The notes: generated by a model not told the origin, from the letters alone. Counted from the stretch's first letter, positions 31,352-41,330 are shown. The stretch is 64,000 nucleotides of DNA from Anaerolineales bacterium (GCA_025808555.1 CP075526.1:1528712-1592711), one strand, 5' to 3'. Program-made: numbers and translations.

Positions 31352-32322
31352 GCACAGCATCTGCACTTGCCCATCCCAACATCGCCTTCATCAAGTATTG
31401 GGGCAACCGTGATCATGAATTGCGCCTGCCCTCAAATAGTTCCATCTCGATGAATCTGGCCGGGCTGGAAACGCGCACCACCGTGCGCTTTGACAGCCAG
31501 CTGGCCGCCGATGGGCTCGATTTCAATGGCGCGCCGGCCGCGCCGGCACAAGTGGCCCGCGTCTCGGCCATGCTGGATCTGGTGCGCGCCATGGCAGGCA
31601 TCTCAGCGTTTGCCCAGGTGATCAGCAGCAACAACTTCCCTAGCGGCTCCGGCATCGCCTCCTCCTCGTCGGCTTTCGCCGCCCTGGCGCTGGCGGCCAG
31701 CGCCGCCGCCGGCCTGGCGCTCGACGAGTCGGCGCTCTCGCGCCTGGCTCGCCGCGGTTCCGGCTCGGCCAGCCGTTCGGTGCCGGCCGGCTTCGTGGAA
31801 TGGCGCACCGCGGATTCAGATGAGGAGAGCTACGCCGTCTCGGTGGCGGGGCCTGAACATTGGGACCTGGTGGATAGCATCGCTGTCATCAGTGAGGAGC
31901 ACAAAGCGGTGGGCTCCACCGCCGGGCACCCGCTAGCGGATACCAGCCCGTTGCAGGCCGCCCGCCTGCACGGCGCCGAGCAGCGCCTGGCACAGGCGCG
32001 CCAAGCCATCCTGCAGCGCGATTTGCCCGCCTTGGCAGCCGTGATGGAGTTGGATAATCACTTGATGCACGCCGTGATGATGACCTCCAGCCCGCCGCTG
32101 CTATATTGGCAACCGGCCAGCCTGGCCGTGATGCATGCGGTGATCGCCTGGCGCGCCGAGGGCTTGCAGGCCGGCTACACGCTGGATGCTGGGCCAAATG
32201 TGCACGTGCTGAGCGCGGCGACCGATGCCGCTGAGGTGGCGGCGCGGCTGGGCAGGATCGCCGGCGTGCAGCGCGTGCTGCAAGCTGGCGCAGGCGGCGC
32301 GGCAACCTTGCTGCCAGCCTGA
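31348..32322 (+). CDS. mvaD: Diphosphomevalonate decarboxylase family (GHMP); may be phosphomevalonate decarboxylase
   Basis: AHPNIAFIKYWGNRD, GSGIASSSSAFAAL, ARRGSGSASRS; ATGA overlap with ggt stop. Confidence 0.8.
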   Translation: MSTASALAHPNIAFIKYWGNRDHELRLPSNSSISMNLAGLETRTTVRFDSQLAADGLDFNGAPAAPAQVARVSAMLDLVRAMAGISAFAQVISSNNFPSGSGIASSSSAFAALALAASAAAGLALDESALSRLARRGSGSASRSVPAGFVEWRTADSDEESYAVSVAGPEHWDLVDSIAVISEEHKAVGSTAGHPLADTSPLQAARLHGAEQRLAQARQAILQRDLPALAAVMELDNHLMHAVMMTSSPPLLYWQPASLAVMHAVIAWRAEGLQAGYTLDAGPNVHVLSAATDAAEVAARLGRIAGVQRVLQAGAGGAATLLPA

Positions 32323-32378
32323 TCTGGCGAGCCTAATCTGGCTATTAGCCAGTGCGCGGCTTGTTTTCTAGCAGTGGA

Positions 32379-32384
32379 TATAAT
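32379..32384 (+). promoter_or_regulatory. -10 box TATAAT, 6 nt before ATG 32391 (leaderless-type)
   Basis: Hexamer-N6-ATG. Confidence 0.5.
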
Positions 32385-32390
32385 CATTTC

Positions 32391-33458
32391 ATGAGCGCTC
32401 TTCTGGCTGTACTTCAATTTGTGATCGCGATTGCTGCGCTGATCGTGGTGCACGAGCTTGGTCATTATCTCGCCGCTAAGCTGTTCGGCATCAAGGTGCA
32501 GGAATTTGGTATTGGTTTTCCGCCGCGCATCGTGCGGCTGTTCAAGATCCAAGAAACTGAGTTCACGCTGAACGCCATTCCTCTGGGCGGGTTTGCCTTG
32601 CCTGCTGGCGAGAATGACCCGGACGTGCCGGGTGGTTTTTCTGCCGCCGCGCCGTGGAAGCGCATCTTCATTTTTGTGGCTGGCCCGGCCATGAACCTGC
32701 TGGCTGCCCTGGTGTTGTACGCCATTATCTTCGTCCAGCTTGGCCGCCCAGACCTCAGCGTGGTGCAAGTGATGAGCGTCTCGGAGGATTCTCCCGCTCA
32801 GCAGGCGGGCCTGCTAGTGGGCGACACCATCACGCATATCAACGGCCAGCCTGTCAACAGCAGCGAAGATCTGCGCAGTGTGATCTACGATAACCTTGGC
32901 AAAGAAGTGCTGATCGAATATCAGCGCAATGGCCAGCATGACCGTACGCTGTTAGTGCCGCGTGACCCCGCCCCGGCAGATGGAGCGATCGGCATCTCCA
33001 TGGGCCATCCCAGTACGCCGATTGGCGTTGGTGAGGCGCTGAGCCAGGGAGCGCTGGCCATTTATGACCAGGCCGAGACCTTGCTCACGCTACCCATGCG
33101 CATTGCTAGCGGCGAGATTGACGGAAGCCAGGGCCGCCTGGTGGGCTACAAGGGCATGTACGATATCTACACTGAAGTGCGCGAGGCAGATGCCGCGCCC
33201 GATAGCCCCTTACCTTCGGGCGTGAATACCCTGTCGTTCTTCGCTTCCATCTCGGTTTCGCTGGGTTTGCTCAACCTGCTGCCCGTGCCGGCGCTGGACG
33301 GTGGCCGCATCCTCTTCACCCTGCCTGAGCTGTTCTTCGGCAAGCGCATTCCGATCGCATATCAGAACGCCGTCAATCTGGTGGGTATTGCCTTCCTGCT
33401 GATGGCAATGGTTTACATCAACCTGCAAGACTTCCTCAACCCGCTCGTCATACCTTAA
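32391..33458 (+). CDS. rseP: RIP metalloprotease RseP (site-2 protease, M50, PDZ)
   Basis: HELGHY, PDZ segment, NLLPVPALDGG. Confidence 0.88.
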   Translation: MSALLAVLQFVIAIAALIVVHELGHYLAAKLFGIKVQEFGIGFPPRIVRLFKIQETEFTLNAIPLGGFALPAGENDPDVPGGFSAAAPWKRIFIFVAGPAMNLLAALVLYAIIFVQLGRPDLSVVQVMSVSEDSPAQQAGLLVGDTITHINGQPVNSSEDLRSVIYDNLGKEVLIEYQRNGQHDRTLLVPRDPAPADGAIGISMGHPSTPIGVGEALSQGALAIYDQAETLLTLPMRIASGEIDGSQGRLVGYKGMYDIYTEVREADAAPDSPLPSGVNTLSFFASISVSLGLLNLLPVPALDGGRILFTLPELFFGKRIPIAYQNAVNLVGIAFLLMAMVYINLQDFLNPLVIP

Positions 33459-34481
33459 ATGGAAAACGATAATCATTCTGAAGACCAACTGAGTTTTAGC
33501 GACGTGCTTGCCGCACTGCAAGATGAGAAAACGCCGCTGGCGCCGCGCTATCTCTATCGCTTATCTGCCCTGGAGCCTGCCGACCTGGCTGCCTTGCTGC
33601 CGGTCTGGCAGCAGCTTTCCGCCGCTCGCCGTGTGGCCGTGCTCGAAGACCTCGAGATGCTGGCTGAGAGCAACACCGTGATGGATTTTGACTCCGTCAA
33701 TGAGATGGCGCTCACGGATGAGGACGCGCGTGTGCGCGTGGTTGCCATTCGCGGCCTGTGGGCCACCGAGCAGCCGGCGCTCATCGGCCAACTTGTGCAG
33801 ATCCTGCAGACTGACAAGGATATGGATGTGCGCGCCCAAGCCGCCGCTGGCCTTGGCCGTTTCGTGTACTTGGGTGAAGTGGGCGAGATCTCTGCCGCGG
33901 CCCAGCAAGAGGCCGAGGCGGCTCTGTTAGAAGTGCTGCATGGCGACGAGGACCCGCTCATCCAGCGCCGAGCGCTTGAATCGATGGGTTTCTCCAGCCG
34001 CCCCGAAGTGGCCGAGCTGATCGAGAACGCCTTTGACGGCGGCGAAGAGGAGTGGGTGAGCAGCGCTCTGTTCGCCATGGGCCGCTCAGCCGACGAGCGC
34101 TGGGGGCCGCAGGTGATGCATAGCCTGGCTGACCCCAATATGGAGATCAGCCGCGAGGCGGCCAAGGCCGCCGGCGAGCTGGAGCTCAGCGAGGCGCGCC
34201 CCGGCCTTTTTGATCTGCTGCAGGATGAAGAAAGCGAAGTGCGCCTGGCGGCTGCCTGGGCGCTATCGCAAATTGGCGGCAATGGCATAGCCGACGCACT
34301 TGAGGAAATGATCGAGCGCGCTGAAGATGAAGATGAGATCGATCTTCTCGAAAGCGCTATTGAAAACCTGGCCTTCGCCAATGAGATGGATGAGCTCAAC
34401 TTGCTGGATTTCTCGCCAGAGGATCTGGAAGATTTTGCCAATCCCGACGCGGTTGACGACGAAGACCCCGATCAGGAATAG
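33459..34481 (+). CDS. HEAT-repeat protein with strongly acidic C-terminus
   Basis: Repeated D..VR..A...LG motifs (PBS-lyase HEAT-like). Confidence 0.6.
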   Translation: MENDNHSEDQLSFSDVLAALQDEKTPLAPRYLYRLSALEPADLAALLPVWQQLSAARRVAVLEDLEMLAESNTVMDFDSVNEMALTDEDARVRVVAIRGLWATEQPALIGQLVQILQTDKDMDVRAQAAAGLGRFVYLGEVGEISAAAQQEAEAALLEVLHGDEDPLIQRRALESMGFSSRPEVAELIENAFDGGEEEWVSSALFAMGRSADERWGPQVMHSLADPNMEISREAAKAAGELELSEARPGLFDLLQDEESEVRLAAAWALSQIGGNGIADALEEMIERAEDEDEIDLLESAIENLAFANEMDELNLLDFSPEDLEDFANPDAVDDEDPDQE

Positions 34482-34504
34482 CATCCCCACCCCCGGTGGC
34501 GGCC

Positions 34505-34510
34505 TATAAT
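34505..34510 (+). promoter_or_regulatory. -10 box TATAAT, 8 nt before ATG 34519 (leaderless-type)
   Basis: Hexamer-N8-ATG. Confidence 0.45.
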
Positions 34511-34518
34511 TCATTCTT

Positions 34519-35709
34519 ATGCGCACTCTGGGCCGCTTCGGCGCGCTTGCCGCCCTTGTTTGCTTTACCGCGCTGGCCCCGACAATCGGGGCCAGCGCGC
34601 AAGAGGTGGTGGAGTTCACTGCTCACACGGCTGATTATCACTTTAGCGAGAGCTTCAGTTTTGCGGCTGAGTTCAATAGCAGCGCGGTCATTCTGGATGG
34701 CTATGTCTTTTACCAGGTCGGTGAAAGCGAACGCATCTGGGTCTACGAGGGGGATGTAGGCCGCGGCCGCCTTGATGTAACCGTACGGCTGGATGATAGC
34801 AACCAGCCCAAAGCCTTTACTACTGTTCGTTATTGGTTCCGTATTGCTTCAGATCACGGCGAATTCTTTGAAAGCCCGCGCTATAACCTGTATTACGAAG
34901 ACAATCGTTTCGATTGGCAGCAAGCTGAGCTTGGCGTATTCACCCTGTATTGGCACAGTGGCGGGCCAGAGCTGGCTGCGGCTGTGCTGACCGCCGCCGC
35001 CGAAGGCGTGGCCCGGGTGCAGGCGGTGTTGCCGCTGCCTCAGCCGCACCCGGTCACGCTGCGCGTTTATGCCAATCTGGCTGACCTGCAGCGCGCCGCC
35101 GATCTGGCTGCCTACCCCTGGGCGGCGGGGCACACGCAGCCCGGCGCCGGGGTGCTGCTGTTCGCTCTGGAACCTGGTGCGCCGCCGGCGGCTTTGCGCC
35201 GTGTTCCACACGAAGTGGCGCATCTCACGCTCTATGATGGGTTGGGGACGGAGGGCTTTGCCAACTTGCCAGCCTGGTTAAGCGAAGGCGTGGCTGTCCT
35301 CGCCGAAGGTGAGCCTGACCCGCAGCAGCTGGCCCTGCTGAATGCTGCGGCGCAGGCAGGTGCGTTGCCTGCGCTGTATTCACTCTGCGGTCAATTGCCG
35401 CAGGAACCCGGGCTGGCCCAGCTTGCATCCATACAGTCCGGCTCTCTGGTTCGGTATCTGGTGCAGCGCTTTAATCCAACCGGTTTTGCTATCCTGGTGG
35501 AAGCGTATGCGCGCAGTGGCGACTGCATCAATGCCCCACAAGCGGCTTTTGGCGTCGACCTGTTGCAGCTGGAGCTGGAATGGCGTGCGGCCACGTTTGA
35601 GCAGCCTGACCCGCTGGCCCAGGTACCATGGGGCACCATCGCTTCCGCTGCTGGAGTGGCAACGGTTTTGTGGCTAATCAGCCGGCTGGCGGCGCGCAGC
35701 GGGAGGTAG
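34519..35709 (+). CDS. Secreted, C-terminally anchored zincin-like metallopeptidase (peptidase MA-like)
   Basis: Signal peptide; HEVAH plus downstream WLSEGVA; C-terminal TM helix. Confidence 0.5.
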   Translation: MRTLGRFGALAALVCFTALAPTIGASAQEVVEFTAHTADYHFSESFSFAAEFNSSAVILDGYVFYQVGESERIWVYEGDVGRGRLDVTVRLDDSNQPKAFTTVRYWFRIASDHGEFFESPRYNLYYEDNRFDWQQAELGVFTLYWHSGGPELAAAVLTAAAEGVARVQAVLPLPQPHPVTLRVYANLADLQRAADLAAYPWAAGHTQPGAGVLLFALEPGAPPAALRRVPHEVAHLTLYDGLGTEGFANLPAWLSEGVAVLAEGEPDPQQLALLNAAAQAGALPALYSLCGQLPQEPGLAQLASIQSGSLVRYLVQRFNPTGFAILVEAYARSGDCINAPQAAFGVDLLQLELEWRAATFEQPDPLAQVPWGTIASAAGVATVLWLISRLAARSGR

Positions 35710-35710
35710 G

Positions 35711-35986
35711 ATGAACGAACGCATGACGGCCATCGTGCGCGGTGGCGTGCAGGGCGTCGGCTTCCGCTATTTTGTGTGGCAGCAAGCCCGCAGCCTGGGC
35801 CTGACCGGTTGGGTGCGCAACTTGCTCAACGGCAATGTTGAGGTGCTGGCCGAGGGCAGCCGTGCTCACCTGGAGCAGATAGCCCTTGCCCTGCGCAGCG
35901 GCCCGCCAGCAGCCGATGTCAAAGACTGCGAGATCGAGTGGCTGCCAGCCAGCGATGAATTTGCTGGTTTTGACGTCAAGTATTAA
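35711..35986 (+). CDS. acyP: Acylphosphatase
   Basis: VRGGVQGVGFRYFV...GWVRNL.NG.VE. Confidence 0.85.
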   Translation: MNERMTAIVRGGVQGVGFRYFVWQQARSLGLTGWVRNLLNGNVEVLAEGSRAHLEQIALALRSGPPAADVKDCEIEWLPASDEFAGFDVKY

Positions 35987-35989
35987 TTA

Positions 35990-36685
35990 CTACAACCCCA
36001 GCCGTTTCTCTTTCAACGAAACAAAGCGGCCCTGACCCACAATGATGTGATCCAGCACTTCTAGTCCAAGGAGCTGCCCGGCTTCGCGGATGGCTTTGGT
36101 CAGCGCTATGTCGTCCGGGCTGGGTGTTGGGTCGCCGCTGGGGTGGTTGTGCACCAGGATGATCGCGGCGGCGTTCTTGCGGATCGCCGGTTTGAACACA
36201 TCGGCAATGCGCACCGGCGCGCTGTTGAGTGAGCCGCGGTAGATCTCCGCAATTTCGATGACCTCGTTGCGCGTGGTCAGCAGGATCGTGCGCAGATGCT
36301 CTTGCTCCAGTGCGCTCATTTCGTATTGCACCAGCGTGGCCGCGTCTGCCGGGCTGCTGATGCGCACGCGCTGCTCGGGGTCCTGCGTGTGCAGGCGGCG
36401 GCCAAGCTCGATGGCAGCCTTGATCGTGGCGGCTTTGGCTTCGCCCAGGCCGTGGGTACTTTCCATCTCGGCAAAGTCGGCGCGGTGCAGGCCCGCCAGT
36501 CCGCCAAAGCTTTGCAGCAGGCGCTGAGCCAGCGCTACCGCGTTCTCGCCCTGCAAGCCAGTGCGCAGCAGCACGGCCAGCAGCTCAGCGGTGCTGAGTG
36601 AGCCTGCGCCGTGCTGTTTGAGCCGTTCGCGCGGGCGTTCGTTGATGGCAATGTCAGCTATGCGGTAGGTGGTTTCATCCCCCAT
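35990..36685 (-). CDS. radC: RadC-like JAB/JAMM domain protein
   Basis: ERPRERL, HhH region, HNHPSGDPTPSPDD; start moved to MGDETTY. Confidence 0.85.
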   Translation of the reverse strand: MGDETTYRIADIAINERPRERLKQHGAGSLSTAELLAVLLRTGLQGENAVALAQRLLQSFGGLAGLHRADFAEMESTHGLGEAKAATIKAAIELGRRLHTQDPEQRVRISSPADAATLVQYEMSALEQEHLRTILLTTRNEVIEIAEIYRGSLNSAPVRIADVFKPAIRKNAAAIILVHNHPSGDPTPSPDDIALTKAIREAGQLLGLEVLDHIIVGQGRFVSLKEKRLGL

Positions 36686-36691
36686 AAGTGT

Positions 36692-36697
36692 AGTGTA
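36692..36697 (-). promoter_or_regulatory. -10-like TACACT, 6 nt before radC ATG 36685
   Basis: TAnnnT-N6-ATG on minus strand. Confidence 0.3.
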
Positions 36698-36747
36698 ATC
36701 AAAAATTAGCCACTTATGAGGCTGGCGTGGGCAAAATTGTTTTACGG

Positions 36748-36753
36748 TATATT
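36748..36753 (+). promoter_or_regulatory. -10 box TATATT, 6 nt before ATG 36760 (leaderless-type)
   Basis: Hexamer-N6-ATG; this ATG starts a lipoprotein signal MPWRAILFTVLALALGSLAC. Confidence 0.45.
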
Positions 36754-36759
36754 CCCTGC

Positions 36760-39195
36760 ATGCCATGGCGAGCCATTCTTTTCACTGTGCTGGCGTTGGC
36801 CTTGGGCAGCCTGGCGTGCAATATGCAGCGTGTGCTCGATCCTTCGCTGCCCACATCTACATTGCCCAGCGCCGCTCAGGCAACACCCGTCACCCCACAA
36901 CCCACCGCTGCGCCCACCCCAACCAATAGCGCCCGCGTACAGTCTGCCGACCGCCTGTTCTTCTACGGCGATTGGGAAGGTGCGCTGGCTGAGTATCAAC
37001 GCGTATATCAGAGCGATGAGCCGGATCTGCAGGCACCCGCGCTGCTGGGTGTGGGCCGTGCTTATGTGAAACTGGGCCGCTACGCCGAAGCGGCTACCGC
37101 GCTAAACAGCGTGATCAGCCAATTCTCGGCCAGCGAACATGCCGCCGCGGCCTATTTTGCCCTGGCGGAGATGCATACCCTGCAGAACAACCACGCTGCC
37201 GCGGCGCAGGCTTATCAGCAGTACATAGATACGCGCCCCGGCGTGCTGGATGCCTATGTACATGAGCTGCGCGGCGATGCCTTGCTGGCCGCTGCGGACA
37301 CCGATGGCGCCCTGGCGGCTTACAACGCCGCCATGCTGGCCCCGCGCCTGGGCGATACGCTGGCCCTGCAGGTCAAGATCGGCAAGCTGCACACCACCCG
37401 CAATGACCATCAGGCTGCCATCCTGGTCTATCAGAACGTTTACACCACCACCGCCAACGATTATCTGAAGGCTGAGATGGACCTGCTGATGGGCCGCGCC
37501 TACCAGGCCATGGGCGACAGCGCCCAGGCGCACGCCTTGTTTCAGGATGCGGTTACCAAGTTTCCGCTGGCCTTTTCCTCGTATGCTGCTTTGGTGGAGC
37601 TGGTCAATGCCGGCGTGGCAGTGGATGAATTGCAGCGCGGCCTGGTGGACTATTACGCCGCTACCAATAGCAGCGGCAGCACCGCCACCGAGTTGTACCT
37701 GGTCGCGATCGCTGCTTTTGACCGCTATCTCAGCACCGCACCAGCAGACCACAACGATACGGCCCACTATTTCCGCGCCCTCTCTCTGCGTAATACTGGC
37801 GACTATGAAGCCGCCATCCGTGAGTTGGATGGCATGCTCGCCGAGCATCTCCTGGGCACCTATTGGCTGGACGGCTATTTGCAAAAAGCAGATATTCAAT
37901 GGCGTTATCTGGATAACTTTGATGCTGCCATTGCCACCCTCGAGGGTTTCCTGGTGACCAACGCCGGCCATCCCAATGCGGCCCGGGTGCTTTATCAGGC
38001 GGGCATGGTCGCCGAAGTGGGTGGCCGGCTCACCCGCGCCGCCGAGATCTTCCCGCGTGTGGCCAACGAATATCCCGCCTCTGAATATGCATACGATGCG
38101 CTGTTTATGGCGGGCATATCGCGCTATCGCCTGGGCGAGTATGTAGCCGCTCAAAGCCTGTTTGCCCGTGCCAACCAGGCCGCCCTTAGTCTGGAGCAGC
38201 AGTCGCAGAGCCACTTCTGGATCGGCAAATCCCAGAACGCCCAGGGAGACACTGAAGCGGCGCGTAACACTTGGCGCACTACCATCACGATCGACCCGAC
38301 CGGCTATTACAGCGAGCGCGCTCGCGACATCCTGGATGGCTTTGATCCCTTTGAGCCCCCAGCCGACTATCACCGCGAAGTGGACTTGGAAGCAGAGCGC
38401 CAACAGGCTGAGGCCTGGCTGCGTAGTACTTTCAGCCTGCCGATGGATACTGACCTCAGTGTGCCTGGTCCGCTATGGCAGGATGCCCGCTTCGTGCGCG
38501 GCACAGAGCTGTGGCACCTGGGCCGCTATCAGGCGGCCCGCAATGAGTTCGAAAGCCTGCGGGCAGACCTGAGCACGGATGCGGCCAATTCCTACCGTCT
38601 GGCGAATCACCTTGTGGAGCTGGGCATGTACCGCAGTGCGGTTTTTGCTGCGCGTGAGGTGCTCAATCTGGCAGGCATGACCGACGCAGGCACCATGAAT
38701 GCGCCAGTCTATTTCAACCGGATTCGCTTCGGGCTCTATTACCAGGATCTGGTGGAGACGGACAGCGCCCGCCGCGGTATTGACCCGCTGTTCGTTTACA
38801 GCATGATGCGCCAGGAGAGCTTGTACGAGGGCTTTGTCACCTCGTCGGCCGGGGCGCGAGGTTTGCTGCAGATCATCCCGTCTACCGGGCAGGAGATGGC
38901 TGTCCACAGCGGCTGGCCGCCCAATTTCACCGGAGAAGACCTATACCGCCCTAATGTCAGCATTCGCCTAGGCGTCGAATACCTGGCGCGCCAGCTCAAC
39001 GCTTTTGACGGCGATCTCTACGTAGCCTTGGCCGCATACAACGCCGGCCCGGGCAATGCGATCTTCTGGCGTGACCAAGCCCAGGGTGACCCGGATCTGT
39101 TCGTTGAGATCGTGCAATTCACGGAAACGCGTAACCACTTGCGTAGCATCTACGAGATATACGATATCTATCGCAGGCTGTACGCAGCTCAATAA
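36760..39195 (+). CDS. TPR-rich lipoprotein with C-terminal lytic transglycosylase (SLT) domain
   Basis: Lipobox SLAC; MMRQESLYEGFVTSSAGARGLLQIIPSTG; AAYNAGPGN. Confidence 0.8.
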   Translation: MPWRAILFTVLALALGSLACNMQRVLDPSLPTSTLPSAAQATPVTPQPTAAPTPTNSARVQSADRLFFYGDWEGALAEYQRVYQSDEPDLQAPALLGVGRAYVKLGRYAEAATALNSVISQFSASEHAAAAYFALAEMHTLQNNHAAAAQAYQQYIDTRPGVLDAYVHELRGDALLAAADTDGALAAYNAAMLAPRLGDTLALQVKIGKLHTTRNDHQAAILVYQNVYTTTANDYLKAEMDLLMGRAYQAMGDSAQAHALFQDAVTKFPLAFSSYAALVELVNAGVAVDELQRGLVDYYAATNSSGSTATELYLVAIAAFDRYLSTAPADHNDTAHYFRALSLRNTGDYEAAIRELDGMLAEHLLGTYWLDGYLQKADIQWRYLDNFDAAIATLEGFLVTNAGHPNAARVLYQAGMVAEVGGRLTRAAEIFPRVANEYPASEYAYDALFMAGISRYRLGEYVAAQSLFARANQAALSLEQQSQSHFWIGKSQNAQGDTEAARNTWRTTITIDPTGYYSERARDILDGFDPFEPPADYHREVDLEAERQQAEAWLRSTFSLPMDTDLSVPGPLWQDARFVRGTELWHLGRYQAARNEFESLRADLSTDAANSYRLANHLVELGMYRSAVFAAREVLNLAGMTDAGTMNAPVYFNRIRFGLYYQDLVETDSARRGIDPLFVYSMMRQESLYEGFVTSSAGARGLLQIIPSTGQEMAVHSGWPPNFTGEDLYRPNVSIRLGVEYLARQLNAFDGDLYVALAAYNAGPGNAIFWRDQAQGDPDLFVEIVQFTETRNHLRSIYEIYDIYRRLYAAQ

Positions 39196-39221
39196 AAAAC
39201 GCTCGTATCGGGCGTTTTTTT
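39194..39221. terminator. Bidirectional terminator between convergent genes
   Basis: A6-CGC..GCG-T7 short hairpin. Confidence 0.55.
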
Positions 39222-39223
39222 GT

Positions 39224-40945
39224 TTATGGTGTGGTTGCTGCAGGCGTATCTGTGCTCTGCTGGGGTTGTGAAGTGGGCTCCAGCTCGTCTAGCTGGCCAC
39301 GCGCCACCAGGAACCACTCGGCCAGTGTAGTGAAGCGGTCGCTGGTCTGGTACAGCGGCCCAACCGATACGCCACGCACAAGGGAGGACACGCCATAGCT
39401 ATAGACCGGGAAGTACAGCGGGATCGCCGGCGCCTGATTGATGAAGTGGTTCTGGAAGTTGCGGTACAGGCGTGCGCGCTGCACCTGGCTGGTGGTCACA
39501 CGGGCTTCTTCCAGGTATTCGCTGGCGCGGCGATCATCCCAGCGGGAGTAGTTCTGCCCGCCGGAGACGGCGGCCTGGTGCCAGAAGGGGTAAGGGTCCG
39601 GGTCAGGGTAGTTCGAAAGGTTCAGGTCGATCAGCGCCGCCTGGTAGCTGCGCGGCTCAAGGTAGTTTGCGATCAGATCAGCATATGGAACGGCAAGCAG
39701 GTTGACTTCAATTCCCAGCGCAGCCAGGTCGCTTTTGATGCTCTCAGCGATCAGGGTGTGCTGGGGTGTGTCCGGGTGCGCCAGCTGGAAACGCAGGTCA
39801 ATACCGTCTTTGCTGCGCACCTGGCCGCCAGTGGCGGGAATACTGTAGCCGGCCTCGCGCAGCAGGTTGGTGGCCGCTTCCACGTTGTACTCAATGCGTG
39901 GCAGGCTTTCGTTGTAGGCCCAGGTGCCAGGCAATATCGGTCCATTGGCCAGCATAGCCTGCCCGCCCAGATACTGGTCAATGATCCACTGGCGATTAAT
40001 GCCTTGCAGGATCGCCTGGCGCACGCCTAGCTCGCTGAAGAACGGCACTTCCGTGCTGCCCAGGTTCATGATCATCATCGTGAGGCGCGGCAGGCGGCTG
40101 GTGTACACGCTCAGCGAGGGATCATTGAGTGCGTTGCTCAATACCTGCGGGCTCAGATAACTTACACCCATCACATCGCCGCGCTGGTAGGCGGCATAGG
40201 CGGCCTCAGAACTGTCGTAATAGTTGAAAATGACCTGATCGAGAAACGGCCGGCCAGCGTAATAGCCATCCCATGCTTCCAGAACTACACCATTGATCTG
40301 CCCATCCTGAGACAGCAGTTCGCCGAAGCGGTAAGGGCCGGAGCCAACGGGCTGTAAGTTATAAGGAGCATTCAACAGCTCGACCGCGCTCATGTTTCCC
40401 AGCAGGTGCTGGGGCAGTACGCCAAAGGTCAAATAATCCTGAAACGGGGCAAACGACTTGGGCAGGACGAGCTGCATATTGCGCGGGTCAAGCACGATGA
40501 CTTCCACTGAGCTCCACAGGTTGCGCACATCCGCCGGGATGGGCAGATCTGGGTTGCGCATCAGTTCAATGGTGAAGGCAACATCTTGGGTTGTGAGGGG
40601 CGCGCCGTCGTGCCAGGTCAGGCCTTGGCGCAGGGTGATGTTGTACGTTTCGCCGGTCACCACCACGCCCCAGGCCTCGGCCAGGTCAGGCTGCGGGTTG
40701 CCGCGCTCGTCAAAGCGAAGCAGGCCGCTGAACAGCAGGCGGTTGATATCCTGGTCAGCCGGGTTGGCGTCGTCAAGCAGGGGGTTAAGGCGGCCCAGGG
40801 TCCCCACCAGGCCTTCGATATAGATGCCGCCTTGGCCCGGCTCAGCCGTCAGGCTGCGCAGAAGGGGTTGCCGCGCCAGTAACAGAATGGCAATGGCAGC
40901 CAAGGCCAGCACCACAAGCAGGAGCTGCCAACGAAGCTTTTTCAT
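39224..40945 (-). CDS. Orphan family-5 (peptide/nickel type) solute-binding protein with N-terminal membrane anchor
   Basis: N-terminal TM helix, family-5 SBP length and GSGPYRF motif; no adjacent permease. Confidence 0.75.
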   Translation of the reverse strand: MKKLRWQLLLVVLALAAIAILLLARQPLLRSLTAEPGQGGIYIEGLVGTLGRLNPLLDDANPADQDINRLLFSGLLRFDERGNPQPDLAEAWGVVVTGETYNITLRQGLTWHDGAPLTTQDVAFTIELMRNPDLPIPADVRNLWSSVEVIVLDPRNMQLVLPKSFAPFQDYLTFGVLPQHLLGNMSAVELLNAPYNLQPVGSGPYRFGELLSQDGQINGVVLEAWDGYYAGRPFLDQVIFNYYDSSEAAYAAYQRGDVMGVSYLSPQVLSNALNDPSLSVYTSRLPRLTMMIMNLGSTEVPFFSELGVRQAILQGINRQWIIDQYLGGQAMLANGPILPGTWAYNESLPRIEYNVEAATNLLREAGYSIPATGGQVRSKDGIDLRFQLAHPDTPQHTLIAESIKSDLAALGIEVNLLAVPYADLIANYLEPRSYQAALIDLNLSNYPDPDPYPFWHQAAVSGGQNYSRWDDRRASEYLEEARVTTSQVQRARLYRNFQNHFINQAPAIPLYFPVYSYGVSSLVRGVSVGPLYQTSDRFTTLAEWFLVARGQLDELEPTSQPQQSTDTPAATTP

Positions 40946-40976
40946 TGTGAAGCGTAACCGGCTTCAGAAACCAGAG

Positions 40977-41201
40977 TTAGCCTGATACGTATACCGTGTA
41001 GATAGCCAGGGCGAAAAAGACCACGCTCAGGACGATCGTAGCCCGGAACAGGGTCTTCTCCAGGCCGCGGCGGGTGGAGAAGGTGGTGGCTACCTCAGCG
41101 CCGCCAATGCCCCCCAAGCCTGCTTGCTTGCTCTGCAGCAGGATGGTGGCCACCAGGGCAACCGAGGTAATGATGATCGCAATATCGAGAATCGTTTCCA
41201 T
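40977..41201 (-). CDS. secG: Preprotein translocase subunit SecG
   Basis: 74 aa, two TM, LLQS.K..GLGG..GG pattern. Confidence 0.8.
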   Translation of the reverse strand: METILDIAIIITSVALVATILLQSKQAGLGGIGGAEVATTFSTRRGLEKTLFRATIVLSVVFFALAIYTVYVSG

Positions 41202-41239
41202 TTGTTTTTACACCAATCCTATAGGGTCAAGCGGTGGCG

Positions 41240-41245
41240 ATTATA
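41240..41245 (-). promoter_or_regulatory. secG -10 box TATAAT within GGTATAATCGCC core
   Basis: Minus-strand reading GGTATAATCGCCACCGC, ~38-nt leader. Confidence 0.45.
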
Positions 41246-41305
41246 CCTGTGGCTTTGAAGCTTCGTCAATTCGCCGGCAATTTAACATAGTAACTACTCA
41301 TTCAA

Positions 41306-41317
41306 AAACTTATGTTC
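41306..41317. promoter_or_regulatory. Imperfect LexA/Cheo-type box AAAC-TTAT-GTTC abutting the uvrB -10
   Basis: One mismatch to GAAC-N4-GTTC; directly upstream of TATAAT 41318-41323. Confidence 0.4.
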
Positions 41318-41323
41318 TATAAT
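41318..41323 (+). promoter_or_regulatory. -10 box TATAAT, 7 nt before uvrB ATG 41331 (leaderless-type)
   Basis: Hexamer-N7-ATG. Confidence 0.5.
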
Positions 41324-41330
41324 TGCTTTT

